64,000 nucleotides of DNA from Nitrospirota bacterium (GTDB lineage: Bacteria > Nitrospirota > UBA9217), in the NCBI GenBank assembly GCA_963840455.1, contig CAWIYV010000007.1:320001-384000 (forward strand), read 5' to 3'. Shown here in pieces: positions 23,783 to 35,051 of the stretch. The stretch's first letter is position 1. Every line of letters starts with the position of its first letter. The translations under genes and the position numbers were made by a program. Below the pieces are notes generated by a model that had not been told where the DNA came from, did no database searches, and worked only from the letters and a program-made list of their open reading frames with translations.

Positions 23783-24628
23783 AAAGGTGCGTACTCTTAT
23801 TTGTTCTCGTCATATCCTATCTGAGTCTGATCTTTCCCTTGTCCTCGTATATGCGGAACAGACCATTCGTTGAGAAGCTCGGCTATGTGCCGCGTTCTGA
23901 AGTATTCATGCTTGCGGCGGCAGATCAGAAACAACTCATGTCAGCGTCCTTGGTATGGAAAGTGCTCAGCTATTTTGGCGGTCTTTATGAGAAAACGACG
24001 CGCCGTATTTATACGCCGCCTGACTACGAAGGCATGAAATCCATGATCCAGTCCGCGATCAAGCTCGACCCTTATAATCTTGACGCGTACTATTTCGCCC
24101 AGGCAGTTCTCGTATGGGACATGAAACAGGTCTCGGCTGCGAACGAACTTCTTGAATATGGCATGAAATACAGGTTTTGGGATTGGTATCTCCCTTTTTT
24201 TGCCGGTTTCAATGCCGGGTATTTCCTGAAAGATTATGAAACAGCGGCAAAATACTACAAACGGGTTGGCGACCTGACGGGAAATGAACTTTCCATCAAA
24301 CTGGCCGGCCGCTATATGTACGAAGCAGGACAGACAGACATGGCAATAGCATACCTCACCACCATGGAGCAAGGAGCCCAGAACAGTGCAATTAAAAACA
24401 GCTTTAAAATACGTCTCGATGCATTCAAAGGCGTGAAATTGATAGAATCGGCTCGGGACTGAATACGTTAAAAAAAGCCGGAAGAAGCCGGCTTCTGTTG
24501 ATATATTGATCAAGAAAGGCTTTCTCAAAGAACTGCCCGTTGATCCCTATGGAGGTACGTTTTACCTCGACGAAAAAGGTCGCGTCCGAAGCACAAGTAA
24601 ATTTGCATTTGCCGGTCAAAAGCAGTAG
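23779..24628 (+). CDS. XapC-like TPR/periplasmic ABC-associated protein, apparent frameshift near 24456
   Basis: LDPYNLDAYYFAQ, LLEYG, W.LPFF.GFN. A second frame continues LPVDPYGGTFYLD to a TAG at 24628. Confidence 0.7.
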
Positions 24629-24641
24629 AAAGAATATATTT

Positions 24642-25511
24642 ATGATCGCAATAGAATTTCATAATGTATCCAAAACATTCAAAGGGAAAAAAGGGGCCTC
24701 AGTTGAGGCGGTAAAGGACCTTACCCTCGCCATTGATCAAGGGGAGATCTTCGGTTTTCTCGGCCCCAACGGCGCAGGGAAGAGCACAACGATCAAACTG
24801 TTAATGGGACTCATTGCACCCAGCGCGGGTCAGGCGAAGATCATGGGAACCGAGATGGGCTCTCACCGTTCCCGCAACTATGTCGGTTATTTGCCCGAAA
24901 ATCCGACTTTTTATGATTATCTGAATGCCGAGGAATACCTGGCCTTCATCGGCAAGGCCTTCGGCATGCCGGACACACTGATACGGGAGAGGGTCGACAG
25001 CAATCTCAAACTGCTTGATCTTTGGGAGGCGAGATCCCGCCCAATGCGGGGATACAGCAAGGGCATGATACAGCGGCTCGGTCTGGCCCAGGCAATGATC
25101 CATGATCCGGATGTCCTTATCCTTGACGAACCTATGAGCGGACTCGACCCGATCGGCCGTGCTCTTGTGAAAGAGATCATCCTTGATCTGAAGGCGAAGG
25201 GGAAATGCGTTTTTTTCAGCACCCATATTACCGCCGATGTGGAAACGGTCTGTGATCGTGTGGGGATCCTGGTAAACGGGGCGCTGCAGCGTGTAGAAAA
25301 GGTGGAATCGATCCTGACCCAGGGAATAATCGGTTATCACTTGAAGATCCGAACGCCAGGCGATCTGCGACCGAGAGAGCTTGAAATATCAAAAGGGGAA
25401 CTCTCAAAGTTCATTGCCGAGACAGAGGCCGCGGGTCAGGAGATCATGTTCATAGAACCGAAACGAAAAAATCTCGAATCGTTTTTTCTGGATATCGTTA
25501 AGGGAACGTAG
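24642..25511 (+). CDS. ABC transporter ATP-binding protein (XapD-like)
   Basis: Walker A GPNGAGKST, signature YSKGM, Walker B LILDEP, H-loop FSTH. Confidence 0.92.
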   Translation: MIAIEFHNVSKTFKGKKGASVEAVKDLTLAIDQGEIFGFLGPNGAGKSTTIKLLMGLIAPSAGQAKIMGTEMGSHRSRNYVGYLPENPTFYDYLNAEEYLAFIGKAFGMPDTLIRERVDSNLKLLDLWEARSRPMRGYSKGMIQRLGLAQAMIHDPDVLILDEPMSGLDPIGRALVKEIILDLKAKGKCVFFSTHITADVETVCDRVGILVNGALQRVEKVESILTQGIIGYHLKIRTPGDLRPRELEISKGELSKFIAETEAAGQEIMFIEPKRKNLESFFLDIVKGT

Positions 25512-27196
25512 TGTTGATCAGACGTCATCACTTACTGCTCATCGCAGTCGTCGTGCTCGCGGTCTATTCTCCTGCCCTCTTGGCGGATTTTTCGAGATAT
25601 GACGATGCAGCCGTGGCCGAAAGCTACCGGGCAGCACAAGGCTGCGACCTGAGACGCTTATTCATTCCTTTCAGCGAAGGATTTTATTATCGTCCGCTCA
25701 TTGGAGTCAGTTTTTATCTCGATAAATATCTTCTCGGACTCAAGCCCAGCTTGATGCATCTGGAAAATATTCTTATTCATCTTGCAAACGCAATCCTGGT
25801 ATTTTTTCTTACCCGTCATATCATCGCCGTAGAGAAAAAGAGCGAACCTGCCCATCTTCCCCTCCTTGCGGCACTTCTGTTCGGTCTGCATCCCATAAAC
25901 ACAGAATCGGTCAACTGGATATCGGGCAGGACAGATCTGCTGGCTGGAATGTTCATCCTCACGAGTGCATTGTGTCTTTTGAAATTCACTGAACTTCACG
26001 AAAAAAAATATGTTCTTTTGTTCTTTTCCGCTTTTGCGTGCGGAGCGCTTGTCAAGGAAACCTCCTTGGCTTTTCTTCCAGGGGCGTTCTTCCTGGTGAG
26101 CGCCGGTCAGCGGATCACTGAAGACAGGAACGGGCTGAATATGGCAAACGGGGTCCGCTCTCAATCATCCGTTCTCCTGACAGCAGTCATTCCCGGCATT
26201 CTTGTTGTTCTGCTTTTCCTGTCCCTCAGATCAATTGCATTTCGAAACAATGCCAGCCGAATTGGCCTGACGCTTATGGCTTTATCCAATGACTGGATAA
26301 ACTCGCTGTTCGTTATGCTTCGGGCTTTTGGCTTTTATATGAAAAAGCTCATCTTCCCATTTCCCTTGAATATCGCAATTATGGAAGTAGATCCTCTCTA
26401 TGAAGTTCTTGCCATTCTCCTAGTTGCTCTTTGCATGTACATAGCGACACGCAGGTCGCTTAGTTCTGCCGCGTTCATGTCAGGAATGTTTTTTATCGCA
26501 CCGGCGTTCCTGATCGCCTTCGGCCAGATAGCATGGACGCCGTACGCAGAACGCTATGTCTATATCACCTCTGCTTTTGTTATCATCGCCGCGGTCGTTT
26601 ACCTAGATATCAAGCTAGTGCCCGCCAGAAAGCCATGGACGGTGTTCACCATGGTGATTATCCTGGCAATTTTTTTTGCTTCAACCTTTCTCAGGAGCGT
26701 TACGTGGAATAGTGATTTAACGTTGTACGAGGATGCCGTCGAGAAATCGCCCCAATCAAGAGATCTAAGGGCAGTTTATGGAGAGTTACTGATACAGAAA
26801 GGTGATTATGCGGCTGCACTGGTACAGCTAGAGCAAGGCAGGTCGATCGCATCACTTGACTATGACGAACGATTTGATTTGAACATGTCATATATTTATT
26901 ATAAACTGGGTAATATTGACGAAGCCATAGCGCTGAGTAAAACCATATTACTAAAATCACGTAACAAGTCGGTAAAAGCACTGGACAGCCTGATTGTGCT
27001 GTTGAAAGAAAAAATGATTTCAGCAAGAAGCCCGGCGGAAAAGAACGCACTAAAAAAGGAAATGTTTCTGTATACTAAAACGCTGTTCGACCTGAACCAT
27101 GATCCCCGCTTGCTGTTCGATATCTCCATCCTGGCAGCTGAGCTCGGGGAAAAGAATGCCGCGATACAGTTCTATCGCCCGCAACCAGCGCCGTAG
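25511..27196 (+). CDS. Second TMTC/XapA-like GT-C membrane protein with TPRs
   Basis: F..YDD, YYRPL, HL.N.LIH.AN, LHPINTESVNWISGRTDLLA, KE, AERYVY, W.SD..LY. The 3' end may be affected by sequence errors. Confidence 0.8.
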   Translation: MLIRRHHLLLIAVVVLAVYSPALLADFSRYDDAAVAESYRAAQGCDLRRLFIPFSEGFYYRPLIGVSFYLDKYLLGLKPSLMHLENILIHLANAILVFFLTRHIIAVEKKSEPAHLPLLAALLFGLHPINTESVNWISGRTDLLAGMFILTSALCLLKFTELHEKKYVLLFFSAFACGALVKETSLAFLPGAFFLVSAGQRITEDRNGLNMANGVRSQSSVLLTAVIPGILVVLLFLSLRSIAFRNNASRIGLTLMALSNDWINSLFVMLRAFGFYMKKLIFPFPLNIAIMEVDPLYEVLAILLVALCMYIATRRSLSSAAFMSGMFFIAPAFLIAFGQIAWTPYAERYVYITSAFVIIAAVVYLDIKLVPARKPWTVFTMVIILAIFFASTFLRSVTWNSDLTLYEDAVEKSPQSRDLRAVYGELLIQKGDYAAALVQLEQGRSIASLDYDERFDLNMSYIYYKLGNIDEAIALSKTILLKSRNKSVKALDSLIVLLKEKMISARSPAEKNALKKEMFLYTKTLFDLNHDPRLLFDISILAAELGEKNAAIQFYRPQPAP

Positions 27197-27268
27197 ACGC
27201 TGGTGCATGCTGCATGCAGACGGATCCACCGAGGAGCATAAAGAAACGTTACCATATCGAAAGAGAAC

Positions 27269-28123
27269 ATGCGAAAGACAATAAAACACTTCATGAAACT
27301 GTTGAGGCCACACCAGTGGCTGAAGAACCTGCTCCTCCTTTTCCCGCCTTTTTTTGGAGGGAAAATGCTGGAAGCGGACGTGCTCGCGGTGCTTATTCCG
27401 TCATTTGTCTCATTTTCTCTCGCCGCCAGCAGCGGGTACATCTTGAATGATATTATGGACCGGGAAGTGGACAAGCTTCATATTTCTAAAAAGGAGAGAC
27501 CAATTGCCCGCGGTGATATTTCTGTTGTCATCGCGATCTTCTTAGCTGCTTTCCTCTTAGCAGCAGCCTTGATTGTTTCCTCCTCTGTTTCCCGGCAGTT
27601 TGAAGCTTTTCTTATTGTATATTTTTTTATTTCCTTTCTATACTCCCTCTATTTTAAACATATCGCTATCATCGACATTTTTTTTGTTTCCTCTGGGTTT
27701 TTGATTCGGGTTCTGGCAGGTGGGGAAGCTTTTCGAGTCACTATCTCAAGCTGGCTTTTTCTAACCGTATTCGTCGTTTCCCTCTTTCTTGCCGTCGCTA
27801 AACGGCTAGGTGAGAAAACGATAATAGGCTCTGAAGGTTCACTGCACAGGAAGGTTCTTGCTGAGTATCCTCCCCAATTTTTAGAAGGCATTATGTGGGT
27901 TACCTCATCGGTTGCCATCGTGATGTACGCATTATATACCATTGAGAATAATAAGAATTTAATCTATACTGTACCGATTGCGTTCTTCGGTTTTCTGCGG
28001 TTCATCTATATCACGAATCATAATGGAAAAGGTGATCCAACCGAGGCGCTTCTTCACGATCCTCAGATCGCCATTACCGGAATCGGCTGGCTTATTGCAG
28101 TAGCAACTGTTGTCTATCGCTGA
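27269..28123 (+). CDS. UbiA-family decaprenyl-phosphate phosphoribosyltransferase-like protein (XapE-like)
   Basis: LRPHQWLKN, YILND..D...DK.H..K..RPIA.G, GF.IRV.AG, KR..E, G.GDPT. Confidence 0.85.
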   Translation: MRKTIKHFMKLLRPHQWLKNLLLLFPPFFGGKMLEADVLAVLIPSFVSFSLAASSGYILNDIMDREVDKLHISKKERPIARGDISVVIAIFLAAFLLAAALIVSSSVSRQFEAFLIVYFFISFLYSLYFKHIAIIDIFFVSSGFLIRVLAGGEAFRVTISSWLFLTVFVVSLFLAVAKRLGEKTIIGSEGSLHRKVLAEYPPQFLEGIMWVTSSVAIVMYALYTIENNKNLIYTVPIAFFGFLRFIYITNHNGKGDPTEALLHDPQIAITGIGWLIAVATVVYR

Positions 28124-28407
28124 TCGGAATTGAAATGCCGGCGTTCCAAAATATGCTTAGGCGACCGTTGATCCTGTTCTATCGGTCATTGCACTATGAC
28201 TCTATGTACCGATTCTAAATTCCTTATCTAAGAATAACAGGGAGGATTTTTCATCTAACATTGAAATACTACCGCTTTGCAAGGAATACGATGTTCGAAC
28301 CTTCTCTAAAGACCGCATCTGTAGTGGTCTTCAGCACGCTTGTTTATAAGATGACATTATCGGATTAACGTCTCTGCAAAAGAGTATATTGTGAACATTG
28401 CGGTGCG

Positions 28408-29472
28408 GTGGCCCAGATGCGAATTACTTTCGTTCGATACTCTTTATTAAGCAGGGGCGGGGATAAGATGGTATTGATGTATGCATCCCATCTGGCCGAC
28501 CAGGGACATGAGGTTAGTATCGAAGCAAACAAGATCGATACGGTCTTTAATGTTAATCCCAAGATACTCATCAAGCCTATCGGACTCAAGGGACAAATAG
28601 GCACCATGCTTTCTGCCTTTTTCAAGAAAAGGGACCCAGATATCGTAATCGCTGATATTATCCCCCTCGCATTCGCTCTGTATTTTAGAAACAGAAAGAG
28701 AGTGCTCTATTTTGCCCAAGATTATAATGTTATGCATTATACCAATCCCGCTATGAAATCCCTTGTAAAAATTCTCGATTTCATTGGATTAAGGCTTCTT
28801 AAAATCAGGACGATCACTGTTTCCGAAGAGCTTTCCCTTGTCTTGTCCGGTCAATTCAGAGCAAATATTGTTCAGGTTATTCCGAATGGCGTTGATATGT
28901 CCTTGTTCCATTCCGAACCGTCTCCGGTCCTTCGGGCTGAGAAACAAGGCCAAAAATCAATTCTTGTGCTTTCAAGGAAGGACCCGCGGAAAGGCTTCGA
29001 CGTTGCCCAGCAGGTCATCAGGAAGGTGAAAGCTGTCTGCCCGGTCCCCTTTGAGGTCTGGACCGTTGGAGAGCCATCGAAAGGCACGTTTCCAGGCATT
29101 TCACACAGGGATTTTGGATATGTTCCTGAATTGAAGATGCGTGATCTCTTCAGCAGCGCAGACCTTTTTTTAAATCCATCGTATTCTGAAGGTTTTGGAC
29201 TGATGGTAATTGAGGCCTTTGCCTGTAAATGCCCAGTTGTCACGACAGATGCAATCTCCTACGCGATCCATGATAAAAATGCCCTGGTAAGCAGGGTGGG
29301 AGACATTGATTCGATGGCGATCAATGTGCGACGGCTTTTGGAATCTCCGGACACAGCTCAGACTATTATCACGAATGGATTCACCTGGGCAAAGAAATAT
29401 TCCTTAGAACATGCTTTGGCTGCATTCGAAAAAACCCTGACCAGTCTGTCTCAGGAGCAGCGACTTTGCTAA
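28408..29472 (+). CDS. Glycosyltransferase family 4
   Basis: GGDK, IPNGVD, RKGFD, S.SEGFGL..IEAFAC. Confidence 0.88.
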   Translation: MAQMRITFVRYSLLSRGGDKMVLMYASHLADQGHEVSIEANKIDTVFNVNPKILIKPIGLKGQIGTMLSAFFKKRDPDIVIADIIPLAFALYFRNRKRVLYFAQDYNVMHYTNPAMKSLVKILDFIGLRLLKIRTITVSEELSLVLSGQFRANIVQVIPNGVDMSLFHSEPSPVLRAEKQGQKSILVLSRKDPRKGFDVAQQVIRKVKAVCPVPFEVWTVGEPSKGTFPGISHRDFGYVPELKMRDLFSSADLFLNPSYSEGFGLMVIEAFACKCPVVTTDAISYAIHDKNALVSRVGDIDSMAINVRRLLESPDTAQTIITNGFTWAKKYSLEHALAAFEKTLTSLSQEQRLC

Positions 29473-29533
29473 TAACAACGGCTTCGGGCGGCCAATTGAC
29501 CTTATATTTTCATGACGATGCTCCGGATTCAAA

Positions 29534-30528
29534 GTGATGCTCTCAAACATGTTGCCACATGTATCAGTAATCCTTCCGGTTTACAATGGAGAGAGAAAGT
29601 ACCTTCGAGATACGGTGATGAGCATATTAGTCCAATCTCATCATCATTTCGAGTTCATCATCATAGATGATGGTTCTACTGACAGGACTTCCTCTATTCT
29701 GCAAGAACTGAGGACGTTGGATAGAAGAATTACCGTCCTGAGAAATGCAAAGAACGAAGGTCTGGTGAGATCCCTGAATAGGGGCCTCAATCATGCCTCT
29801 TCTCAGTTCATCGCACGAATAGATTGCGGCGACTTGGCTGAAAAAAATAGGATCGAGATACAGTCCCGATTCTTGCAGGAGCATAGTGATTATGTTCTGG
29901 TAGCCTCACAGGCAGAGTGGATCACGATGAGCGGTGACACTATGTACACCACCCATGTCCCGTCCGACGATTGGGAAATCCAAAGAGACTGTTTATCAAG
30001 GACAGCATATTGATCCATCCTGCGGTCATGTTCAAGAAAATACCGGGGCTCTATTACCGGGAAATCGCCGCAACCGCCGAGGATTACGACTACTGGTTGA
30101 GACTGTCGATGCATGGGAAAATGTTTGTTATAGATGATTTCTTGCTCAAAATGCGCATGGATCCTGACGGGACGACCTATTCAAAGAAGATGCGACAGGT
30201 CAAAACAGTCGATTTGATCCATGCCTCGTTCTTCATGGGGCCAGGAAATCCTTCCGCTCAGAGGGAATGGAGCGTGGTAGAGCTTTCTGGCATAGAAAGG
30301 GTCCAAGAGAGATTGTTTCACCTGTTCTCGAGATATGCGTACCAGTATTACCATCGATCGGTGATTTTATTTTATACCTTTAAAATCTTATCAGGCTTGT
30401 CGAGCCCCCAGTACATGTTTAAACTGTTCAACATGATGCTGAGAAGACGCTCTGTGTCGAGCGATCCGTTGTTCCAGCAATATCTTTCCCGGGCTGAACA
30501 AAGCGCCGACAGGGAGATAAAACAATAG
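29534..30528 (+). CDS. Glycosyltransferase family 2, apparent frameshift near 29983
   Basis: SVILPVYN, IIDDGSTD, ARID.GD in one frame; IHPAVMF and AEDYDYWLRL in the next. Confidence 0.78.
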
Positions 30529-31362
30529 ATGGATGTTCAAATAGAAAATACCCTTGTCATAGAAGCGGGCCGTTCCGAGAAGAACTATTGGAAAGATCTC
30601 TGGCGGTACCGGGAGCTGTTCTATTTCCTCTCCTGGCGTGATGTCCTGGTCCGCTACAAACAAACGGTGATTGGTATTGCATGGAGCGTGATAAGGCCAT
30701 TCTTGACCATGGTAGTGTTTACGATCGTATTCGGCAAACTTGCCAAATTACCGTCGGAGGGCATTCCGTATCCCTTGTTGGTTTTTACCGCTTTGCTGCC
30801 ATGGCAATTTTTTGCAAACTCCCTGGCTGAAGCAAGCACCTCCATAACAGGCAATGCTAACATGCTGACGAAGGTATATTTCCCGCGAATCGTGATTCCG
30901 GCCACTTCGATAATAGTCAGTTTGATGGACCTATTAATCTCTTTCGTTATGCTGTTTTTCCTTATGGCGTGGTACGGCTTTACTCCAGGTCTGCGTGCCT
31001 TTACTCTCCCTTTGTTTCTCATTCTGGCGTGCGCTGCGTCCTTCGGAGTGAGTTTGTGGCTTTCAGCGCTCAATGTCAAATATCGAGATTTTCGGTATGT
31101 CGTTCCCTTTATAGTGCAGTTTGGTCTGTATGTCTCTCCGGTGGGCTTCAATAGCGGTATTGTGCCGGAGCGATGGCGCTTTCTTTATTCGCTCAATCCC
31201 ATGGTCGGGGTGATAGACGGCTTTCGCTGGGCGCTCCTCGGCGAAGATATGGCTCTGTACTGGCCGGGGATTATTCTCTCAACGGCCATCACAGCTGTGA
31301 TCCTCGTATCTGGATTCAAGTACTTCAGAAAAACGGAAAAAATCATGGCTGACGTAATTTAA
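30529..31362 (+). CDS. wzm: Polysaccharide ABC exporter permease (Wzm)
   Basis: YRELFYFL.WRD..VRYKQT.IG..W, KVYFPR, YRD, LNP. Confidence 0.92.
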   Translation: MDVQIENTLVIEAGRSEKNYWKDLWRYRELFYFLSWRDVLVRYKQTVIGIAWSVIRPFLTMVVFTIVFGKLAKLPSEGIPYPLLVFTALLPWQFFANSLAEASTSITGNANMLTKVYFPRIVIPATSIIVSLMDLLISFVMLFFLMAWYGFTPGLRAFTLPLFLILACAASFGVSLWLSALNVKYRDFRYVVPFIVQFGLYVSPVGFNSGIVPERWRFLYSLNPMVGVIDGFRWALLGEDMALYWPGIILSTAITAVILVSGFKYFRKTEKIMADVI

Positions 31363-31369
31363 GATCAAT

Positions 31370-32665
31370 ATGAAGACCGTTATTAAAGCCGAAAATATAT
31401 CAAAAAAATTTATCTTAAGCCACCAGCGAAAAGCATCCTATCATTCTCTGCGAGAGGCAGCGACGGATACCGTGAAGAGATGGGGCCGGAAGATATCGGG
31501 AATCGGTTCAAGAGAAGACCAATCACACGAGGAATTCTGGGCGCTTAAGGACATCTCTTTCGAAATAAAGTCCGGAGAGCGCGTTGGTATTATCGGCCGT
31601 AATGGGGCCGGTAAATCGACGATCCTAAAAATTCTTAGTCGGATTACTGAGCCAACCGAAGGCAGGGTCACTATTTGTGGACGAGTATCGAGCTTGCTGG
31701 AAGTGGGAACCGGCTTCCATCCCGAGTTGACCGGCCGGGAAAATATATTTTTAAACGGCGCTGTTCTTGGGATGACGAAGAACGAGATCAAGAAGAAATT
31801 CGATGAAATCGTTGCTTTTGCCGAGATAGATAAATTTCTCGATACTCCTGTAAAGCACTACTCGAGCGGTATGTACGTTCGCCTTGCGTTTGCCGTCGCG
31901 GCGCACCTGGAGCCTGACATCCTGATTGTAGACGAGGTATTGGCGGTAGGTGACGCCCAGTTTCAGAAGAAGTGTCTCGGAAAGATGGAAGTTGTGTCTT
32001 CTCATGAAGGACGTACGGTACTTTTCGTGAGTCATAATATGGCAGCCATACGGCAGATTTGTCGAAGGGCTCTCTATTTGGAAGAGGGTAGGCTGATAAA
32101 AGATGATGCAAGCGACGTTGTCGTTCATAGCTACCTTCATAATTTACCGAAAGCTGACACTTTATTAGATGTTAAGTATTTGATTTCCCGATTACCCCAT
32201 GACCCTGCAATAAGATTAAATAATATCATTGTTCTGCAAGAGGGAAGAAGAGATAACCATGTTGTAACAGGAAAACCCATAGAGATAATTATTGACTACG
32301 AGGTCATGAAGGAAACATATGGTCTTCGCGTTTTTATTGGATTGTATGACAATGAAGGAACATATCTCTTCCGCAGTTTTGCGCATGGCGAGGAAGAAGA
32401 GCTGCGAACGGCAAAGATTGGAAGGTATATAGCAAGGGCCACCATCCCGCCTGATTTACTTGCACCAATTACCTACAAATTAGGCGTTTCGGCAGACATA
32501 CGCAATGTCCGTAAATGTTTTCCCGAGGGAGTCATGATCACTCTCTTCGTCCAAGATGCAGGTCGAATAAAGAATGCATACGCTCATGGTGGACAGGTCG
32601 GCGTCAAGCTTGCACCTTTTATTGCATGGTCAACGGAGTTGTATCGCGATGCGGATACTTATTGA
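31370..32665 (+). CDS. wzt: Polysaccharide ABC exporter ATPase with C-terminal Wzt_C domain
   Basis: GRNGAGKST, GFHPELTGREN, YSSGM, DEVLAVGD.FQ.KC and an extended C-terminal domain. Confidence 0.92.
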   Translation: MKTVIKAENISKKFILSHQRKASYHSLREAATDTVKRWGRKISGIGSREDQSHEEFWALKDISFEIKSGERVGIIGRNGAGKSTILKILSRITEPTEGRVTICGRVSSLLEVGTGFHPELTGRENIFLNGAVLGMTKNEIKKKFDEIVAFAEIDKFLDTPVKHYSSGMYVRLAFAVAAHLEPDILIVDEVLAVGDAQFQKKCLGKMEVVSSHEGRTVLFVSHNMAAIRQICRRALYLEEGRLIKDDASDVVVHSYLHNLPKADTLLDVKYLISRLPHDPAIRLNNIIVLQEGRRDNHVVTGKPIEIIIDYEVMKETYGLRVFIGLYDNEGTYLFRSFAHGEEEELRTAKIGRYIARATIPPDLLAPITYKLGVSADIRNVRKCFPEGVMITLFVQDAGRIKNAYAHGGQVGVKLAPFIAWSTELYRDADTY

Positions 32666-33632
32666 AGGGAAAAGTCACAAAAATTATCTCGCTAAATGCC
32701 ATGAAGCATTCCGCACAGGCCTACGGGCTACCTTTGATACAAGATTGTTTGGAAAAGGATACCCCGGTTACTGGCCGTTTATCAGGACCTACACTCAGAT
32801 CATAAAGAAAACTTTTCATGATTCTCAACCGGACATCCTTATTGCCCACTCCCACTTTCCAGATGACCCAAAAGGTTTTACATATGAAGGGATTTCCGAA
32901 GTGTCGGCAATTAAGACATTTGTATTAGGTGATTACTGGCAAGTATCGGAACATTTCAAACAACAATTCGTCGAATATGTAAATAGAAATAGGATCGATT
33001 TTATACTTTCGTACTATATTCAGCCATTGGATATTTGGAAAGAAACATCCATTGCTGATCGATTCATCTATCTTCCTCCTACATTCGATCCGGCGATTTT
33101 CAATGACTGGCGCATATCAAAACAGTATGACGTAGGTTTCTTGGCAGCGGGAACTACAAATTACACCGATTTTTATCCGGAACGATTTGCTATCCACCAG
33201 ATGCTTCTCAAAAAGACCGACATTCGCTATCTATGGTCAGAGCATCCTGGTTGGAAGATACGTAAAAGCCATCCACTCATTGGAGTCAATTTTTCGAAGG
33301 CGATCAATTCATGCAAAATATTCATCACTACAGGTGGAATTTACAAAAATGCTCAGCCAAAAATATTCGAAGCGCTTGCATCAAAAGTCCTGCTTATGTC
33401 GGATGAGCCGCTCGGATCGAAGGAAATCGGACTTCAAGACGGAATTAACTATGTGAGAATATCGGAAAACGATGTGGTATCTAAAATCGATTATTATCTT
33501 ACGCATCCCATTAAATGCGAAGAAATAGCAGAGGCAGGATATCAATTGGCACTGCAAAAACATTCTTGCTATGCCCGGGCAATTGATTTTTACAAGAAAG
33601 TCAGTTCAAAACTTGCGGTGCCGCATGCATGA
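32649..33632 (+). CDS. GT-B glycosyltransferase (CgeB / Glyco_trans_1_2-like)
   Basis: YDVGF, Y.ER, KIFEALAS, G.NYV, IAEAGY......H; ATG at 32649. Confidence 0.72.
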   Translation: MRILIEGKSHKNYLAKCHEAFRTGLRATFDTRLFGKGYPGYWPFIRTYTQIIKKTFHDSQPDILIAHSHFPDDPKGFTYEGISEVSAIKTFVLGDYWQVSEHFKQQFVEYVNRNRIDFILSYYIQPLDIWKETSIADRFIYLPPTFDPAIFNDWRISKQYDVGFLAAGTTNYTDFYPERFAIHQMLLKKTDIRYLWSEHPGWKIRKSHPLIGVNFSKAINSCKIFITTGGIYKNAQPKIFEALASKVLLMSDEPLGSKEIGLQDGINYVRISENDVVSKIDYYLTHPIKCEEIAEAGYQLALQKHSCYARAIDFYKKVSSKLAVPHA

Positions 33633-33817
33633 ATGAAGCAGATATAAAATACCCCGGTAAATAAAATGGAGGGGACATGCCCGATTTTCACAGTGGTTTG
33701 GTTATCCCTGATAGTTGTTAAATGATGATAACCATACTGAAGATATTGATCTTCCAAATGACATGATAGCCATGACGATGTCCTCTATAATGCAGCCAGT
33801 AAAAGAGAAATGCAGTA

Positions 33818-35011
33818 ATGACAAACGGTAGAAATATCTCCGAGTTACAAGGCAAGAAAGTGCTAATCGTTTTCGGCAGTCTTAAATTGGGCGGTGCCGA
33901 ACGACAGGGATTGCAGTTTGGCCGTTATCTCAGGGAATCGCAGGGGTGCCATGTTGAAGTGTGGGGCTTTAACAGTCCTGGAAGAAGCACCGAGATATGC
34001 AAAGAAACAGGCATTGCATGGAAAATCGTTCCTTTACCTTTTTCAGGTAATCGCTTGCAGGGCTGGTGGAGATACATCGAATTTGTGCAGCACTTGAGGC
34101 GTCTGAAGCCCGATGTACTGCTACCCTATACCACGGTACCGAACTTATGCTGCGCATTAGCACGGCGTTGGTCTGGTGCAAAGCTTTGCATCTGGAATCA
34201 GCGTGATGAAGGCCTAGAGCGTATGAAACCGGGCCGGGAACGCAAGGCAATCCGCCGAGCATCATATTTTATTGCCAATGCCACCATAGGTGCCGAGTAC
34301 CTAAAAAATCAGCATGGCGTCAGTAATGACAGGATACGGGTCATCCGGAACGGCATTGAACTTCCTGGCATAACGCGCGACAGGTCGATATGGCGCAACA
34401 AGTTGGGATTGCAGGAAAACGATTTTCTTGTATGTATGCTGGCCAATTTTTCCCCGTTCAAAGATCATCAAACTCTTATTAAAGCCTGGCCGTATGTTGT
34501 GCGAAAACTGAAAGAACAAGGACGTTCTGCAAAGCTGATTCTGGCTGGTCATGAGTCGACGACATTCCGGACTATGCAGGATTTGACGCTCACGATGAGA
34601 GTAGAGGATTCGGTTATATTCCCGGGATTTGTTCGGGACGTTCATCAACTGCTGCAGAGTGCTGACCTTGTTGCTTTTAGTTCTGTTTTAGAAGGATGTC
34701 CCAACGGGGTGCTCGAAGGAATGGCTGCAGGCCTTCCTGTTGTTGCTACTGATATTCCCGGAATACGCGAAGCTGTAGGGGATGCAGGGATTCAATACCT
34801 CGTACCTCCACGTGATGAGCAAAAACTGGCTGAAGTGATCACTCTGTTTGCATCGGATCCAGTGCTCAGGAATGCTGTTGGAAATGAGAATCGCAAACGG
34901 ATAGCTGAACATTTCAGCGTCCAGCGCATGCAGAATGAAATGACTGAACTTATAAATCGCCTGCTGTCATCGGTGTGTTCTAAAAGGATTAGCGTTTCGA
35001 TTTTCTTTTAA
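33818..35011 (+). CDS. Glycosyltransferase family 4
   Basis: GGAERQ, VIRNGI, KDH.TLI, EGCPNGVLEGMAAGLPVVATD. Confidence 0.9.
   Translation: MTNGRNISELQGKKVLIVFGSLKLGGAERQGLQFGRYLRESQGCHVEVWGFNSPGRSTEICKETGIAWKIVPLPFSGNRLQGWWRYIEFVQHLRRLKPDVLLPYTTVPNLCCALARRWSGAKLCIWNQRDEGLERMKPGRERKAIRRASYFIANATIGAEYLKNQHGVSNDRIRVIRNGIELPGITRDRSIWRNKLGLQENDFLVCMLANFSPFKDHQTLIKAWPYVVRKLKEQGRSAKLILAGHESTTFRTMQDLTLTMRVEDSVIFPGFVRDVHQLLQSADLVAFSSVLEGCPNGVLEGMAAGLPVVATDIPGIREAVGDAGIQYLVPPRDEQKLAEVITLFASDPVLRNAVGNENRKRIAEHFSVQRMQNEMTELINRLLSSVCSKRISVSIFF
34562..34918 (+). repeat. Direct repeat copy 1 (3' half of the GT4 gene)
   Basis: Aligns by eye with 37806-38160 over about 355 bp, sharing long exact blocks such as ATGCAGGATTTGACGCTCACGATG and CAATACCTCGTACCTCCACGTGATGAGCAAAA. 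Confidence 0.9.
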
Positions 35012-35051
35012 ATGTCTTGTACATAATGTTTTTGTCATACAACGTGCATGA

